In this document: positions 1 through 12,300 of the stretch, in pieces
Numbering within the stretch: position 1 is the first letter of the stretch
Layout of the letters: every line of letters begins with the position of its first letter
Position numbers and translations under genes: made by a program
The notes under the pieces: generated by a model
What the model was told of the DNA's origin: nothing
Database searches by the model: none
What the model saw: only the letters and a program-made list of their open reading frames with translations
NCBI GenBank assembly: GCA_002189035.1
Contig: CM007989.1
Span: forward strand, 4,278,001-4,342,000
Reading direction: 5' to 3'
DNA from: Utricularia gibba
Taxonomy: Eukaryota > Plantae > Magnoliophyta
DNA length: 64,000 bases

Positions 1-46
1 AAGAACTACGTTAAGAAAGTTAGAAAAGCAGAAGCCTATGAAAGAC

Positions 47-808
47 CTCATATGCATCTCTAATCTCTTGGAATTTCCTCTTTGCAGAAACGTTGTTCTT
101 GTTTGCATCAGGATGGTACTTCTTTGCAAGCTACATTGCCAAGCATAGAAAGTAAAAAATAACATTAGAAATCATATAAAAAAGAATGGTACTTATTTGC
201 ACGCTACATCCACTTTTCTTTTCTTACATTTTGAAAAGCCTTTTTAATATCCTGCGCAGTTGCATCTTTTGAAATTCCAAGAATATCATAGTAGTCACGT
301 TCTGCAGAACGACAGACTCCTGTTCGAATTGAGTATTATGCATAAAATCATCAAAATCAAACCACTTATTCAAGCGCAAAACCTGTGGCATGGATATAAC
401 GCAGTGCCCAAGGCAACCGGGATGGTGAAAAATCATGGAATATTCTGCTGGAGAAGCACCATTGTGCGCAAGCTAAGCATTAAAAAGATTCATTTTTCAG
501 TTACATCAGGAATAGAATGATCCAAACATTACCCAGTTGAGCATGTAAGCATTTAAAAAAACAAGAGCAAACCTGCAGAACGGAACATAGCTCGTTGAAA
601 AAACGACGGATTACTGAATAAGAGGACAGTGGGTGATCTTACGGAAACCTCGCACCAATACTGGAAACAAAGGCAACATAATTGGCGAATGACTACGTCC
701 AAATAGAGAGGAAACAAAATCTGCGAAGACCAAAAAAAAAAAAGAATCTACCAGAAACTTCCGCACAAGTGATCCTCGTGGGAGAGGCAGCCGTCTCAGG
801 CGCACCAT
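47..808 (-). CDS. ATJ1: Mitochondrial DnaJ/Hsp40 (ATJ1-like), 5' exons; gene continues off the left edge. Exons 643-808, 383-472, 228-319, 47-130
   Basis: Manual splicing with GT-AG introns and consistent phases gives [19 protein letters not shown]...RYIHATG|[30 protein letters not shown]|[28 protein letters not shown]. This is a J-domain with an intact HPD, matching Arabidopsis ATJ1 motifs ([26 protein letters not shown]). The Arg-rich N-terminus resembles a transit peptide. Confidence 0.85.
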
Positions 809-2077
809 TCCGCAGACTATCCAAATCGGAAATCAAAGGCGTTTGTCCAAACAACCAGCCGCACTTTCGCCGCAAGGACAACTCTTCTCATTTCATCGAG
901 CGGTGCTACTGGCTCTGGCTTCTACCTTGGGGAACAAGACAGTGCTCAACATTCAACCCTGGCAACGGCTCGCGACCCGCGAACCCGGTTCAAAAATGGT
1001 TGTCAGAATTGAGAGAGACATCGTTGGCTCTCATCGAACCGGGTCTTGTCAAATCCACGATAACAAGACCCGAAAGCCGTTATTTGACCCATTTGGTTAC
1101 GCATCCACCAATTTGTACCACATTCAATTTGCATAAATTCATTTCTAATGAGTTTGGTATGCTATATTAAGTAGAAAATATTCATAAATATATACAAATT
1201 TTGGGGTTAGAATTGGAATTTGACATCTATTCTAGGATATACCAATCTCATTTTTCTTATAATTCATTTTACATTAAAAATAATGAATAAATAATTATAT
1301 TTTCATTTAATGAAATGTTCCGCATCCATATATTCTTAATCCATTTACGTATACCAATCAAAAAATTTCCCAAATATATATTTAAATCTCACAATATAAC
1401 GGGCCGTGATGGTTACTGGGCCGTGATCATGGGCTTGAATTAGTGAGCAAACAGCCCAACCAAAATTAGGATGCTACAACTTGAAGACGTGTGACTTTTA
1501 ATTTTAATTTGGATTTAATGTATGATTTCTTTTAATTTACTATTAAATTAATATTTTTTAATGCGAAAAACATTAATTAATAATATCAAGTGTAACAATC
1601 GAAAAAAATGTTTGATATGTAAAAATAGAAATAGAAACAATTTTTTTAAATAGATATAAATGAGAAAAAATATTTTAATATAGATATATTTAACTTTTAT
1701 CATCCACATACTTAAAAAATAAGTATGTGAGTGGTATATTCATACAAAATTGGCCTACATATACTATAATTAATATGTAAGTGATATTATCATGTAAACT
1801 AGTTAATTAAATAATGATTTATATATAAATTTGAATATAAATCTTATATACTATATATTACCAAACAACACTGCGAAACCCTCCATTTGAGCTACTAAGT
1901 GAGTGTGTAAATTGCTATAGAAACCAATAGTGTGGTTGTAGGAAGAGCATGAGTGAAACACGCAGGAGAATAGAGCAGTCTCATTATTGCCATTTGAGAT
2001 TTATTTTACATTACCACATATTACATCACAGATTACAGACAACGGCATCGGGGAGACTGGAGAGCGTTCCTCGTAAT

Positions 2078-2798
2078 CTAGGGCTTGGTTTGAGCTTCAG
2101 TGTCCTTCTGTCCATCTGCTCCTAGCCACCCATGGCCGCCGTGTCTGTGCCCGTGTCCGTATCTAGGCCAGTAGTGATCCTCAGCAGCGTCTCCGGCATC
2201 TTCTTGAGGTCCATCTGCTCCTAGCCACCCATGGCCGCCGTGTCTGTGCCCGTGTCCGTATCTAGGCCAGTAGTGATCCTCAGCAGCGTCTCCGGCATCT
2301 TCTTGAGGTCCATCTGCTCCTAGCCACCCATGGCCGCCGTGTCTGTGCCCGTGTCCGTATCTAGGCCAGTAGTGATCCTCAGCAGCGTCTCCGGCATCTT
2401 CTTGAGGTCCATCTGCTCCTAGCCACCCATGGCCGCCGTGTCTGTGCCCGTGTCCGTATCTAGGCCAGTAGTGATCCTCAACAGTATCTCCGGCATCTTC
2501 TTGAGGTCCATGTCCTCCATGCCACCCATGGCCACCGTGTCCGTACCGGGGTCTACGCCAGTAGAGATCCTCACCCACGCCTTGTGTGGCAGCTAGTAAA
2601 AACACCCCACAGAAAATAAATACACAATCCAGACGATGAGTTTAAGCACAAACTAGTTTCTCAGCAAGGAGGAAGCACAAGCATCCACTTACATGCATCG
2701 TCGCTCTTCTCAGCAAGATCTCTCGCAGCCACCTGCGAAGAAAGGAGAACCAGCGCAGCTAAGAAGAAACCGCACAAGAGAAGTGACTTAGAAGCCAT
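2078..2798 (-). CDS. Secreted Gly/His-rich repeat protein GRP-1 (206 aa), GRP-family signal peptide; exons 2693-2798 and 2078-2592
   Basis: Exon 1 encodes MASKSLLLCGFFLAALVLLSSQVAARDLAEKSDDA, a typical GRP (PF07172-type) leader. A 100-bp phase-1 GT-AG intron joins it in frame to the repeat ORF. TATAAATAG lies ~35 bp upstream of the ATG. Confidence 0.9.
2110..2510 (-). repeat. Coding tandem repeat, 99-bp unit x ~4 (33 aa: PQEDAGDAAEDHYWPRYGHGHRHGGHGWLGADG)
   Basis: Unit starts at 2110, 2209, 2308 and 2407 (exact 99-bp period); units are essentially identical in DNA. Confidence 0.95.
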
Positions 2799-2832
2799 TT
2801 TGGGGATGAAGATGGAGGAGAAACCCCTCACC

Positions 2833-2840
2833 TATTTATA
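2833..2840 (-). promoter_or_regulatory. TATA box of GRP-1
   Basis: TATAAATA on the minus strand, 35 nt upstream of the ATG at 2798; identical in GRP-2. Confidence 0.7.
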
Positions 2841-5339
2841 GGAGAACAACAGGGCATAAGTGTTGTTAATAGGGTATATTATTTAAACGTTGTTTTTAAA
2901 TACAAAATGTGTTTTAAAATTATTTGATATGAGAGTTTAAAATAAGTGGATTAAATTTTATTTGGAATAATTTTTTATTCTAAATAAGTATTACGAAATT
3001 AGTTTTATTGTAAAAAAAAAAACGATTGAATTTTATTTTAGAAACAAAATTAAAAATTAAAAATATTTTTTAATGATAAATTATTGACCACTATTTAAAT
3101 CGGTATACCAAATTTTGTTATTTTTAATTTTTATAAGAATTAAAAAGTGATTTTAATAACATATAAAATATGGATATGTATTAAATTTCTATTTTTTCTT
3201 GAAATATAAATAACTTCTTTTTTAAACAAAATTGTTTCATTCAAACAGTATATTGTTTATTATGTATAAATATCGGCTTGCTTGACATTTGGTATCAAAT
3301 CTTGATAATAATTTGGTTTGAATTTTCGAGAATGCATTTTCGCATCGTTTCGAATGTTACAAATCAAAGATTCATGAATTATCGTTGTCATAAGAAACAT
3401 ATTTAATTTATAGCTTACTACAAATTACATCTAATGAGACGTTTGATAGACGTGTTTAGATGTTTAAACATATGTGTATTGATAATAATGAATATTTAAT
3501 AATAATGATTTTTAATATATGAATGCTTTGTAAAACAATTGCAAAGTATTCCAAACTAAGTATTTCGAAATTCAACTTCTATATTAGTTCTGTCAATCAA
3601 ACCAAGTTTAATAAAAAGTTATAAATTGTCTTTTATCATCAATGTTTATAAACTATATATTTTATAAACACATATAGTAAGCTTAATAAAAGTTTGGGTA
3701 CATATGTTCAAAACCTATGTATCAACAATATATACTTATGTAAATATAAATAATTAAAATATATTATTAGTTAGATTATTGTACGGAACACCCCGTTACT
3801 ATGATTCGAATTGGTACTGATATCTCCCATATTCATTGCACCTGGACGCTTTCTAAGGTACTGCTTCTCATGATTGGCGCTCCGATTTCCTACGGTTCAT
3901 CGCACCCGGACGATTTCAGGAATCAACAAGCGTCCCATTTTTAACCGCATTCGGTATATAGTTTTATCTGCATTTTATTTTTCACAAAAGTAATATTATT
4001 GAATGATGTAGTAAGGCTGCTTTGACGTGTATTACATTAGATAAGATTTACATTTCCGCCCCAATCATATCATTTCGAGCTTGAAAGAACTTATAATTTT
4101 AGGCTGTAATTAATTTTATTGCATCAATGCAAGAATAAGAGAATACTCATAAGAAAATACAATGGCATGAAAATCTTTTACTTTGAAGAATTAAAAGATG
4201 AAATAAAATGATATTAATATAATAACATATTATCAATTTATAATTGAATATGAATGCAATCTATAATATAACTCAAATAATTCTAATTTTTAATTTAATC
4301 AAAATTTAATATAAACATTAATAATCATTTAGGAAATCATGGAATATAGAAATAATTGGAAGATAAAGATTAAAAAATCAGAAATAACATCTAGTATAAA
4401 AAAGTATACATTATTTTCTTTACTATATACTATATTGATTCTCTAGATAAAATTTTATCCATTAATCAGTACTTACTATAACTTTAATTTTTCATTACAC
4501 ATAACTAGGGTGGAGTGATGGAACATATTGTAGATCAAAAGGGGCTCAGCCCCCCCCCCCCCCCCTCTAATAATAGTTAATTTAAAAAACAGATGTATTT
4601 TTTAAAAAAATCATTAACAGTTGATTATAGCGATTGGATTAAATTGGAATCACTTCAAAATAAAATAAAATAATTATGATTTGATATTTTAGTTAAGAAA
4701 TTATTTTTTTACACTTTTATTTATTGATTTATTTATTTCGGGTGAATTTGGGATAACTATGCATGCATTAGTCAAAGAAGGCTGCCTCCATAGGAATGAA
4801 AGGGGCTGCTGAGCTACTCCACTAACCGAGTGGCTGCTGTTTTTTTTAAAAAAATTCAAGTAATAAATTCAAACTCAGGAATAGTTGTTGTCTGTCTGAT
4901 TGATAAGTCGAAAGGGAATATAAATTAATAGATAAATAATACTGTATTCTATTTCTGATTAAATCAAAAGCTCAACCGGTTCAAACCGTCCATTTTTTTT
5001 AAACCTTTGAATAATGTGAATAAATTTTCTAGAATGATCTTAAATAATTTCTATAAGATTATATTGTAAATTAAATATATATATTTTTTAAAAATAGAAG
5101 TAAATAGTGAGTTGAGTTAATTCTATTTAAATGTGGATGCTATATTTTTAGACAATAATATCCTTAAATTTAAAACTCAATTATTTTTATGCCCTTTTAA
5201 TTTTTTAATTATAATTAAAAAGTAAAATTAGTATTTTCTTTATTTCATCAATTTTCCTTAATTTAATGAAATATAATAATCAACAATCATTTTTCTTATA
5301 AAGACAAGTGTTAATTCTGTAAATGCATAGATCGGCTAG

Positions 5340-6145
5340 TTATTCACATGGCAAATCTGCTTCACACGATAAATGCCTTGTGCATCCTTCAGCAGCTTCA
5401 GCAAATGTAAGCATGAGTTCCACCTATTTTCAAAATAATTAAAACTTAAAAATTCTCTAATTGAAGAGATAAAACAAGGTATTTACAGAAATAACTCAAA
5501 TGTATATCACTATCCATACTTTCAGCTCCATTTTCAAATATCTGCAACATTCACAAAGAAACAAGGATGTCGGTATTTGGGAACAATTTATAGAAAGCAG
5601 CCAAACTTTCCAAGAAACATGGAAGCAGCAAAGGAAGTACCTCAGAGAATATTTCATGGAAGGAATCAGAAAACCTTGTCCTATGCTCAAATCTAGCACC
5701 ATCCTCATCCCTTGTTGAATGCATAGGATCCTGGTACCATCCAGAATAGTTTTTCATCTGTTTTATATCAGCATTTCCAAGAATAAATAATCAGAAGTTT
5801 TTCAAACTGCGATTGGAAATCAGTATGAAGGTGGATTCCATAATAATCTAAGGAAAGAAGTTAAAAAAAAAAACCTTATCATATTGAGATTTCTTGTCAG
5901 GATCTCGCAGAGTCTGCAGTTACTACCATAAAAAAAGCAAAGTTTAGAAAAGAACTACGTCAAGAATGTTAGAAAAGCAGAAGCCTATGAAAGACCTCAT
6001 ATGCATCTCTAATCTCTTGGAATTTCCTCTTTGCAGAAACATTGTTCTTGTTTGCATCAGGATGTTACTTCTTTGCGAGCTACATTGACAAGCATAGAAA
6101 GTAAAAAATACCATTAGAAATCATATAAAAAAGAATGGTACTTAT
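5340..6145 (-). pseudogene. ATJ1: Truncated ATJ1 pseudogene (duplicate copy): exon remnants ~5997-6080, 5875-5913, 5641-5757, ~5500-5541, 5340-5423
   Basis: Exons encode LAKK*HPD (TAC>TAA stop), TLRDPDKKSQYDK, ...RFSDSFHEIFSE, IFENGAESMDSDIH (expected donor reads TTGAGT) and VELMLTFAEAAEGCTRHLSCEADLPCE*. The sequence ends at the first Zn-finger Cys, at the duplication breakpoint. Confidence 0.85.
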
Positions 6146-6859
6146 TGTTGGTGTGTGTGTTTAGAAAGCAAGCTTGTACGCATGTGGTTGCCTGATGTAC
6201 TTGACGGTTATCACCCTCAAGTAAAGAATAGGCTCACCTATATTAATTGGATCGATGTGTGTTTTTTGCTTTCAATGAAATCGACTATGATTTCAGTTCT
6301 CCTTTGTTTTTCCATCTCGATTAGATTGCCGACACATTTTCATACATGGTGCGGTGAGCATGGAGACAACCTCCGATTGTCAGATATTTGCTGCTGGCCG
6401 CGACGATGAATGATCCTTCTGTTGAACCCGCTTCCGATAGATCCGATCCGCTGATGTTGAGCGGATCCGATCATCCAAATATCGCATTGGTAAACGCTCC
6501 ACTCACTACACTTAATTACTTTGAGTGGAGGTGTAACGTGCGTTTAGCCCTTGGTTCGAAAAACAAGCTCGGCTTCATTGATGGAGAAGTTTCATGTCCA
6601 CTTATTGGTGATCCCACTTATAACCTCTGGATGCGTAATGATTACATGATCATGTCGTGGTTGTTGAACTCCATTTCTAAGAGCCTGGTTTCTAGTTTCA
6701 GTCATGCATCGAATTCATGCAACTTGTGGGTCTCTCTGCAAAATCACTACGGCAGGTAGAATCATAGCCAATTTTACTAGATTCAGCATGATCTATATCA
6801 TCTTAAACAGGGAAATCTCTCTATCATTGAATATTATACTACGCTTAGTGGTCTGTGGA

Positions 6860-7245
6860 TGATGAACTTATCAGAAGCCATTGATGAGAAAATCATGTTC
6901 GGGAGATGCAACGCATAAATTGGGGAAGGAGTAGGGATTGAAGACATAATTCATGGGCCAAGAAATAAGATCAATGGGCCATGAAATGAGACCCAACAAG
7001 ATCTCTTAATTATGTAACAGCATGACCTGACCCAACACAAATGAGAGAGGAAGAGCAGTGCAACGGTCACCTGCAAGGAAGAATTAACGTTCATATGAAC
7101 GTTGGAGCACTACTGAAACCAATATAAATAGATGCAGGAACACTCATTTGTTTTTGGTTGATGTACCCCATATTTTCACACACCTTTAGATAATTCTATA
7201 TAACAACCATATGCACTTCATGCAATTTTTGATTCAAAACTCTTC
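6860..7245. mobile_element. 386-bp unclassified insertion in the gag of element A
   Basis: Flanked by an 11-bp direct repeat TGGTCTGTGGA (6849-6859/7246-7256). Removing it restores gag ...TTLSGLW|KDLETITPD. Confidence 0.6.
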
Positions 7246-9375
7246 TGGTCTGTGGAAAGACTTGGAGACCATCACACCTGATATAAAATGTTGCAACTGC
7301 TCAACTCTCGTTTCCACAGTAGATATTTTCGGCCCTACCAAGCTGACTCAATTTTTGCGTGGACTGAGTGATCGCTATGAGTCCATTAAAAATCATATTA
7401 TTGTAATGGACAACCTTACTGTGGACAAAGCTTACTCTATTCTGCTTAATGTGGAACAGAAGAAGAGTAGAATATCCACTACCTCTGTTGAGATTTTCAC
7501 TCATGTGGCGATGAACACATAGTTCCCTGAGGTTCCACTGGATGGGAATTTTGCATGTCAAGTCTCTCATAATAATTCATTCACTGGCAATGCTGAGAAA
7601 TGGGATGGTCATTATTGTGATTATTGTAGGTAACAAGGACACACTCGAGATACTTGTTTTGTGCTTATTGGGAATTATCCTTCATGGTGGAAGAAGAGGC
7701 CTTCCTTCATGGGTTCTGGGGGCCATCCTAATCTTCCCGTGCATGGGCAACCATCAGGCCTGCCCCCTGGAGGTAACACTAGACCAATGCATTTGTGAAA
7801 AGAGAGAAAAACTACTGCATTTTTCCATCAGTCTTTAGAGTACAAGGCAACCGATATTTATTACACCATTGCTCTTTCGTGTCTGATCACACATTCTGTC
7901 TCCTACATCTCAGTTTCTCGAGCCAACTGTTTGTCTCTGCCTCCTGCATTCTCATGGATTTAGGCTTGATGACTCATCATGAAATGGGACTTGCGACTTG
8001 GGCTCGTGCATGTGCTATCATTCAACAGCATTCTGCCCATCCTAACATACCTTATTCGTGCTAGGTGGTGCACTTAGCCAATACACCTGTGGACAATCTT
8101 TACTCCGAACTAGCTGTCACCTCCCCAGAGGTCAGCATCCAGTCTCTGCAGCTAGAACTTCCTGCTTTGCAATCTGAATTTCGAAAGCTACATTCCACTG
8201 GATAGCCTGTAAACCAAGTCCAACATTGTGCAGATATCGTACCTGTTGAGCTCTCTATGCATAGTCAATTGGCTGAAGGTTTTATTTGTAAGCCTTGGGA
8301 ATGGGTCATCGATCTGGCGCTACCACCCATATTTGTTTCACTAAGCACAATCTTCAGCTATCTGTGAGCGTTGGCAGAGTCGATGTTGCTTTACCTGATG
8401 GATCTCTGGCCAATGTTGCTGGTCGTGGCACTGTGACTTTGTAGAACAATGTGCTCCTGCACTGAGCTCTCTATATCCCTACCTTTAAATTCAACTTGCT
8501 GTCCGTTCATAGATTGGCCACTGACTTGGGAGTCATTTTTCGATTCTTGGCTAATGGATGCATTCTGCAGGCCCAAGACTCCGGTAAAGTCCTTGCTGTT
8601 GGGCAACTTCGTGATGGTCTCTACATCTTAGACAGCAAATCCTGACTACCACATTTCACTGTTGCGGCATACAAGGCCATCACCCATGGTGACATTGCCT
8701 TATGTCATTTACTTGATGCTCTGTGGAAAAAAGTTTTGTTGTTTTGTGGCTCTGTTTCACCTGCTGATAACTCCTTGTTATGACATTGCCATTTGAGCCA
8801 TATCTCTGATTCCAAGGCACATCATATGAACGTTTCCTATGGTCTCCACGGCCATCTGTGTGATATTTGTGAGCTCGCAAAGTTTCAGCGCCCCTGTTTT
8901 CCCTCAAGTGATTCGGTAGCCCCTGATAAATTCTCCCTCATTCACTGCGATTTATGAGGTCCTTACAAGGTTGCAACCATCCATGGGACATGGTATTTCC
9001 TCTCGGTTCTTGATGATTATACACGCAGCACATGGACTTTTCTATTAAAATACAAGTTGGACGCTATTGGTCACATCGCCCGGCTTCTCCCTTACTTTCA
9101 ACGACAGTTTGGGGCTGAGGTGAAACAGATTCGGAGTGATAAAGGTGGTGAGTTTCTTAATGCACAAATGCCACAATTTTGTGCTGATCATGGTCTTTTG
9201 CATCAGTTTACTTGCACTAATAGAGCACAACAGAATGGACGCGTAGAACGAAAACACAAACTTATCTCCTTGAGGTCACACGTGCCTTGTTGCTCCAATC
9301 CGGGGCTCCTGATGCCTTTTTAAGGTGATGCTGTAATGGCTGCCACTTATCTAATTAACCATCTTCCTAGTGCTC

Positions 9376-12300
9376 TGGTAAACAAAAATTTCCTAATGTC
9401 GTTGCAAAAATAGAAATTTCGTATCAAATAAATTTATAGGCACTAATCTACACAAAATACAAATTTAGAAAACTTGTATAGTGGATTTCAGGGTCGATCA
9501 CAAGAAGCTTGTGCTTGTTAAGTGTTTTAGCAGATACAGAATTCCAAACAGCAGTAGGTCTTAGTCTAGGCTCAAACTAACAGTGGTAAACAAGTTCAGT
9601 AAACAAGATCAGGTCTCAACACGTAAGGTAACAAATAATGGTTCTAACTCAGAGTAATACTAATATGCTAAAATTCCTAATTTAATTTACCATATTCCTA
9701 CACTCACAACTTCAAATAACCTAAGTCTACCCAGATCATTCATCACATTTTCGACTAAGCTAGTCCCTATTATAATCACCAACATTGCAATTAGATCTTC
9801 CCATATGCAAAGCATATAAAACTAGGTCTTCTCACATGCAAAGCATATAAAACTAGGTCTACCTGGTTCTACCACGGACTAACACCTACTACTTCTGTCT
9901 TGATTGTTGGTCTACCTCTAAATCAAGTATCTTAGTTGTGAAGCTACTTATTCTTCTCCTTAGGTCTACCCATGGAATAATAGAAAAAATAGTTAATAAA
10001 CAATGATGAATTTTATTATGAATCATAGATCCACATCACCATGCTTTACTTAAGGCATCCCTAAGGTTCTTGTTACTCATACTTCTAAGGTAAAATATGA
10101 TAACATTAACATGAAACAACGAAAATGTCAAGAACATCGTGAAAGAGTTGGTTGCAGAAACTAAAAATGTCAACAAACGAAAGTAAAGAAGTGATAGTTC
10201 TGGTTTCCATCGACTACTGTTCACAGGCCGGAACAGTATTGCTGGACTGGGTCTTGATCTTCTTCCTTCACGTTGGAGGTTCTTCTACAGAAAAAATCGC
10301 CCTTCTCATCCTTCTGGTTCAGTATTCGTCGTGATGGAGTTGGAGGGGAGAAACCCTCGTGTGTGTGCTGCAAACTGCTGCTCAAATCCCTTTGCGATTC
10401 TCTCTCCTCCTCATCTTTCTCTTGCCTCTTACTTTCCAAGACAAGTACAATCTCTGACAACTCTGATACTCTTGCCCCTGACTTGCAAACTACCGCCGCG
10501 ATAGTATACTCATTGCTCCCTGCTGCATGGTAACTTGCACGAAATCCTTGTTTCTTCCATGATCTTGGGGTTGATGCTAGACTCAAAATTGGATTAGAAC
10601 ATGGGATGGCCTAAATCCTTTGATTTAGCCCACTAACACACCAAAAATCACATTTTCCTAAGTTATATAAAAATACTTAAAACTATAAAATAAACAATTA
10701 AATATATTTAAAACTTGAAAAATTTGTTTGCTATCACACTATGCTACAATGACACTAGACTTGTCCCCAATTCTTACCTAAGACTAACAGAGAACTGGTT
10801 CCTAAAACATCAGTGATGAACATAAATAACTGAAAGTAATTTTCGGTGCATGAGCTACAGAAGTGCAAGTGTGCATATCATTTCATCACTCAAATGTGCA
10901 TGAGTAGATTCCTCTTGAGGAGTGTTTTTGAAGATCATGTCTTATAGAGATGATCCCTCCAAAGTCACTTAAGATCACGGTTGCCAACTCATTTTTTCTC
11001 TCTTTTTTTTTAAGCAATGAAGGGTTAGCTTGTTCTAGACTAATCCGGGCACACTGTCAATACCTTTTCTTTATCAGAGTGTTGGGCAAGCACTCACACC
11101 TTATAACCCTAGGCTTCTTCATACTCCTCTGGATTATTCTATCCTCGCTCACCCTTGCACTACTTATTGAGTCCGTACATGCTCTTTTGATATGTGCTGC
11201 TTTTTAGGATTTGAGTGCCATGTTTTTTTCTCTCTCTCTTTTTTTTGACCCTTTATTCACCTTTCTGTTTTTTTCGTGGTTGGCAACCAGTTCCATAGCC
11301 ACTATGAAGTTCAACAACTCATATAAAGATAATCTAAATCACACTCCTTAGATTCCTCTAGTCACTCACATGCTCTCATAAAATAAAAAGATAAAAACAT
11401 GCTCATGGGTATCAGAAAGGTCTACAAAGCTCATGCAACAGAATTTATCTAGCAGCTGTAATGTTCAATTACATAGTTACCGGAAACAATTTACTACTAC
11501 TAAACAAAACATGTAGTAAACACAACTCTAAGTCTGGACTTAAACTAATAGATACCACTCTTTCCCGACGTAAACAAGATCCTAAACATGAAAATAAAAT
11601 AAAAAAAATAAAAAACTACTATACTAAATCATTCTAGCAGCAGATTACTTGTTTAGGGAGGCGTTGGCCACTCATTGTTTCAACTATGTGATCACCCGAA
11701 TAAGGTCAGAAATTTTGTCACTCATCACTTTTAATATTTTTGGGCAGCAGAAGCATTTTTCTCCTTGAGCTGGGGTTGAGGTTGATGGAGGAGCAATGTC
11801 TTCCTTCTTCTTCCTTGGAATAACCCTTGCTTCCAGTCCTGCCAAGGATTTGAAAACAAACCCACTTCTTTGGGCTTTGATTAGTCCAGCAACTTTCAAC
11901 GAATATGCATCCAGAGGCACTCTCTTCATCTCCATGGAAGAATTCAAGTTCAGACAGCTTTTCAAGACAAAGAGTGTGAACCAGACACAATATGACCAAA
12001 GCTTAAATGGTGAATTTTCGTGCGCCTAAAATCCCTATTCATTTGTTCAGCAAGTATTGCACCTAAATTCACAGACCGCTTATGCATAATGCACCACAAC
12101 ACAAATAATTCACGTTTGTAAAGAGCATTAAATCCTACATTTCTACCGAAAAGAGTTGTAGTGATTAACATATAAACATAACGCATGAACGGATCAACAA
12201 ACAATTCAGATTTTGTTCCTTTTGCCTTAAATTCAATCACATGGTGATCAGTCAAAATTCCATAAAATTCTTTAGCATCAAAGTTTGCTAAATAATCGAA

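Larger units (their letters stand above)
817..5291. repeat. Tandem-duplication unit, left copy (paralogous to ~43972-49901; also 1-196 to 5950-6145)
   Basis: Colinear similarity by eye, roughly 88-96%, over the ATJ1 5' flank, spacer, GRP gene and its ~2.5-kb upstream region. Homology ends at 'aatcaacaatc' (~5291) versus 'agtcaacaatc' (~49901). Confidence 0.9.

Noticed and set aside
721-751. Apparent GT...AG mini-intron in ATJ1 exon 1
   Set aside because: Only 31 nt, and removing it breaks the phase with exon 2; read-through to the donor at 642 keeps the frame.
682-1170. 162-aa plus-strand ORF and overlapping 843-1136
   Set aside because: Antisense to ATJ1 exon 1 and its promoter, no ATG start, and not preserved in the paralogous copy (MITE insertion, indels).
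2110-2510. Repeat-spacer (CRISPR-like) reading of the 99-bp array
   Set aside because: Eukaryotic coding tandem repeat with in-frame units, no unique spacers and no cas genes.
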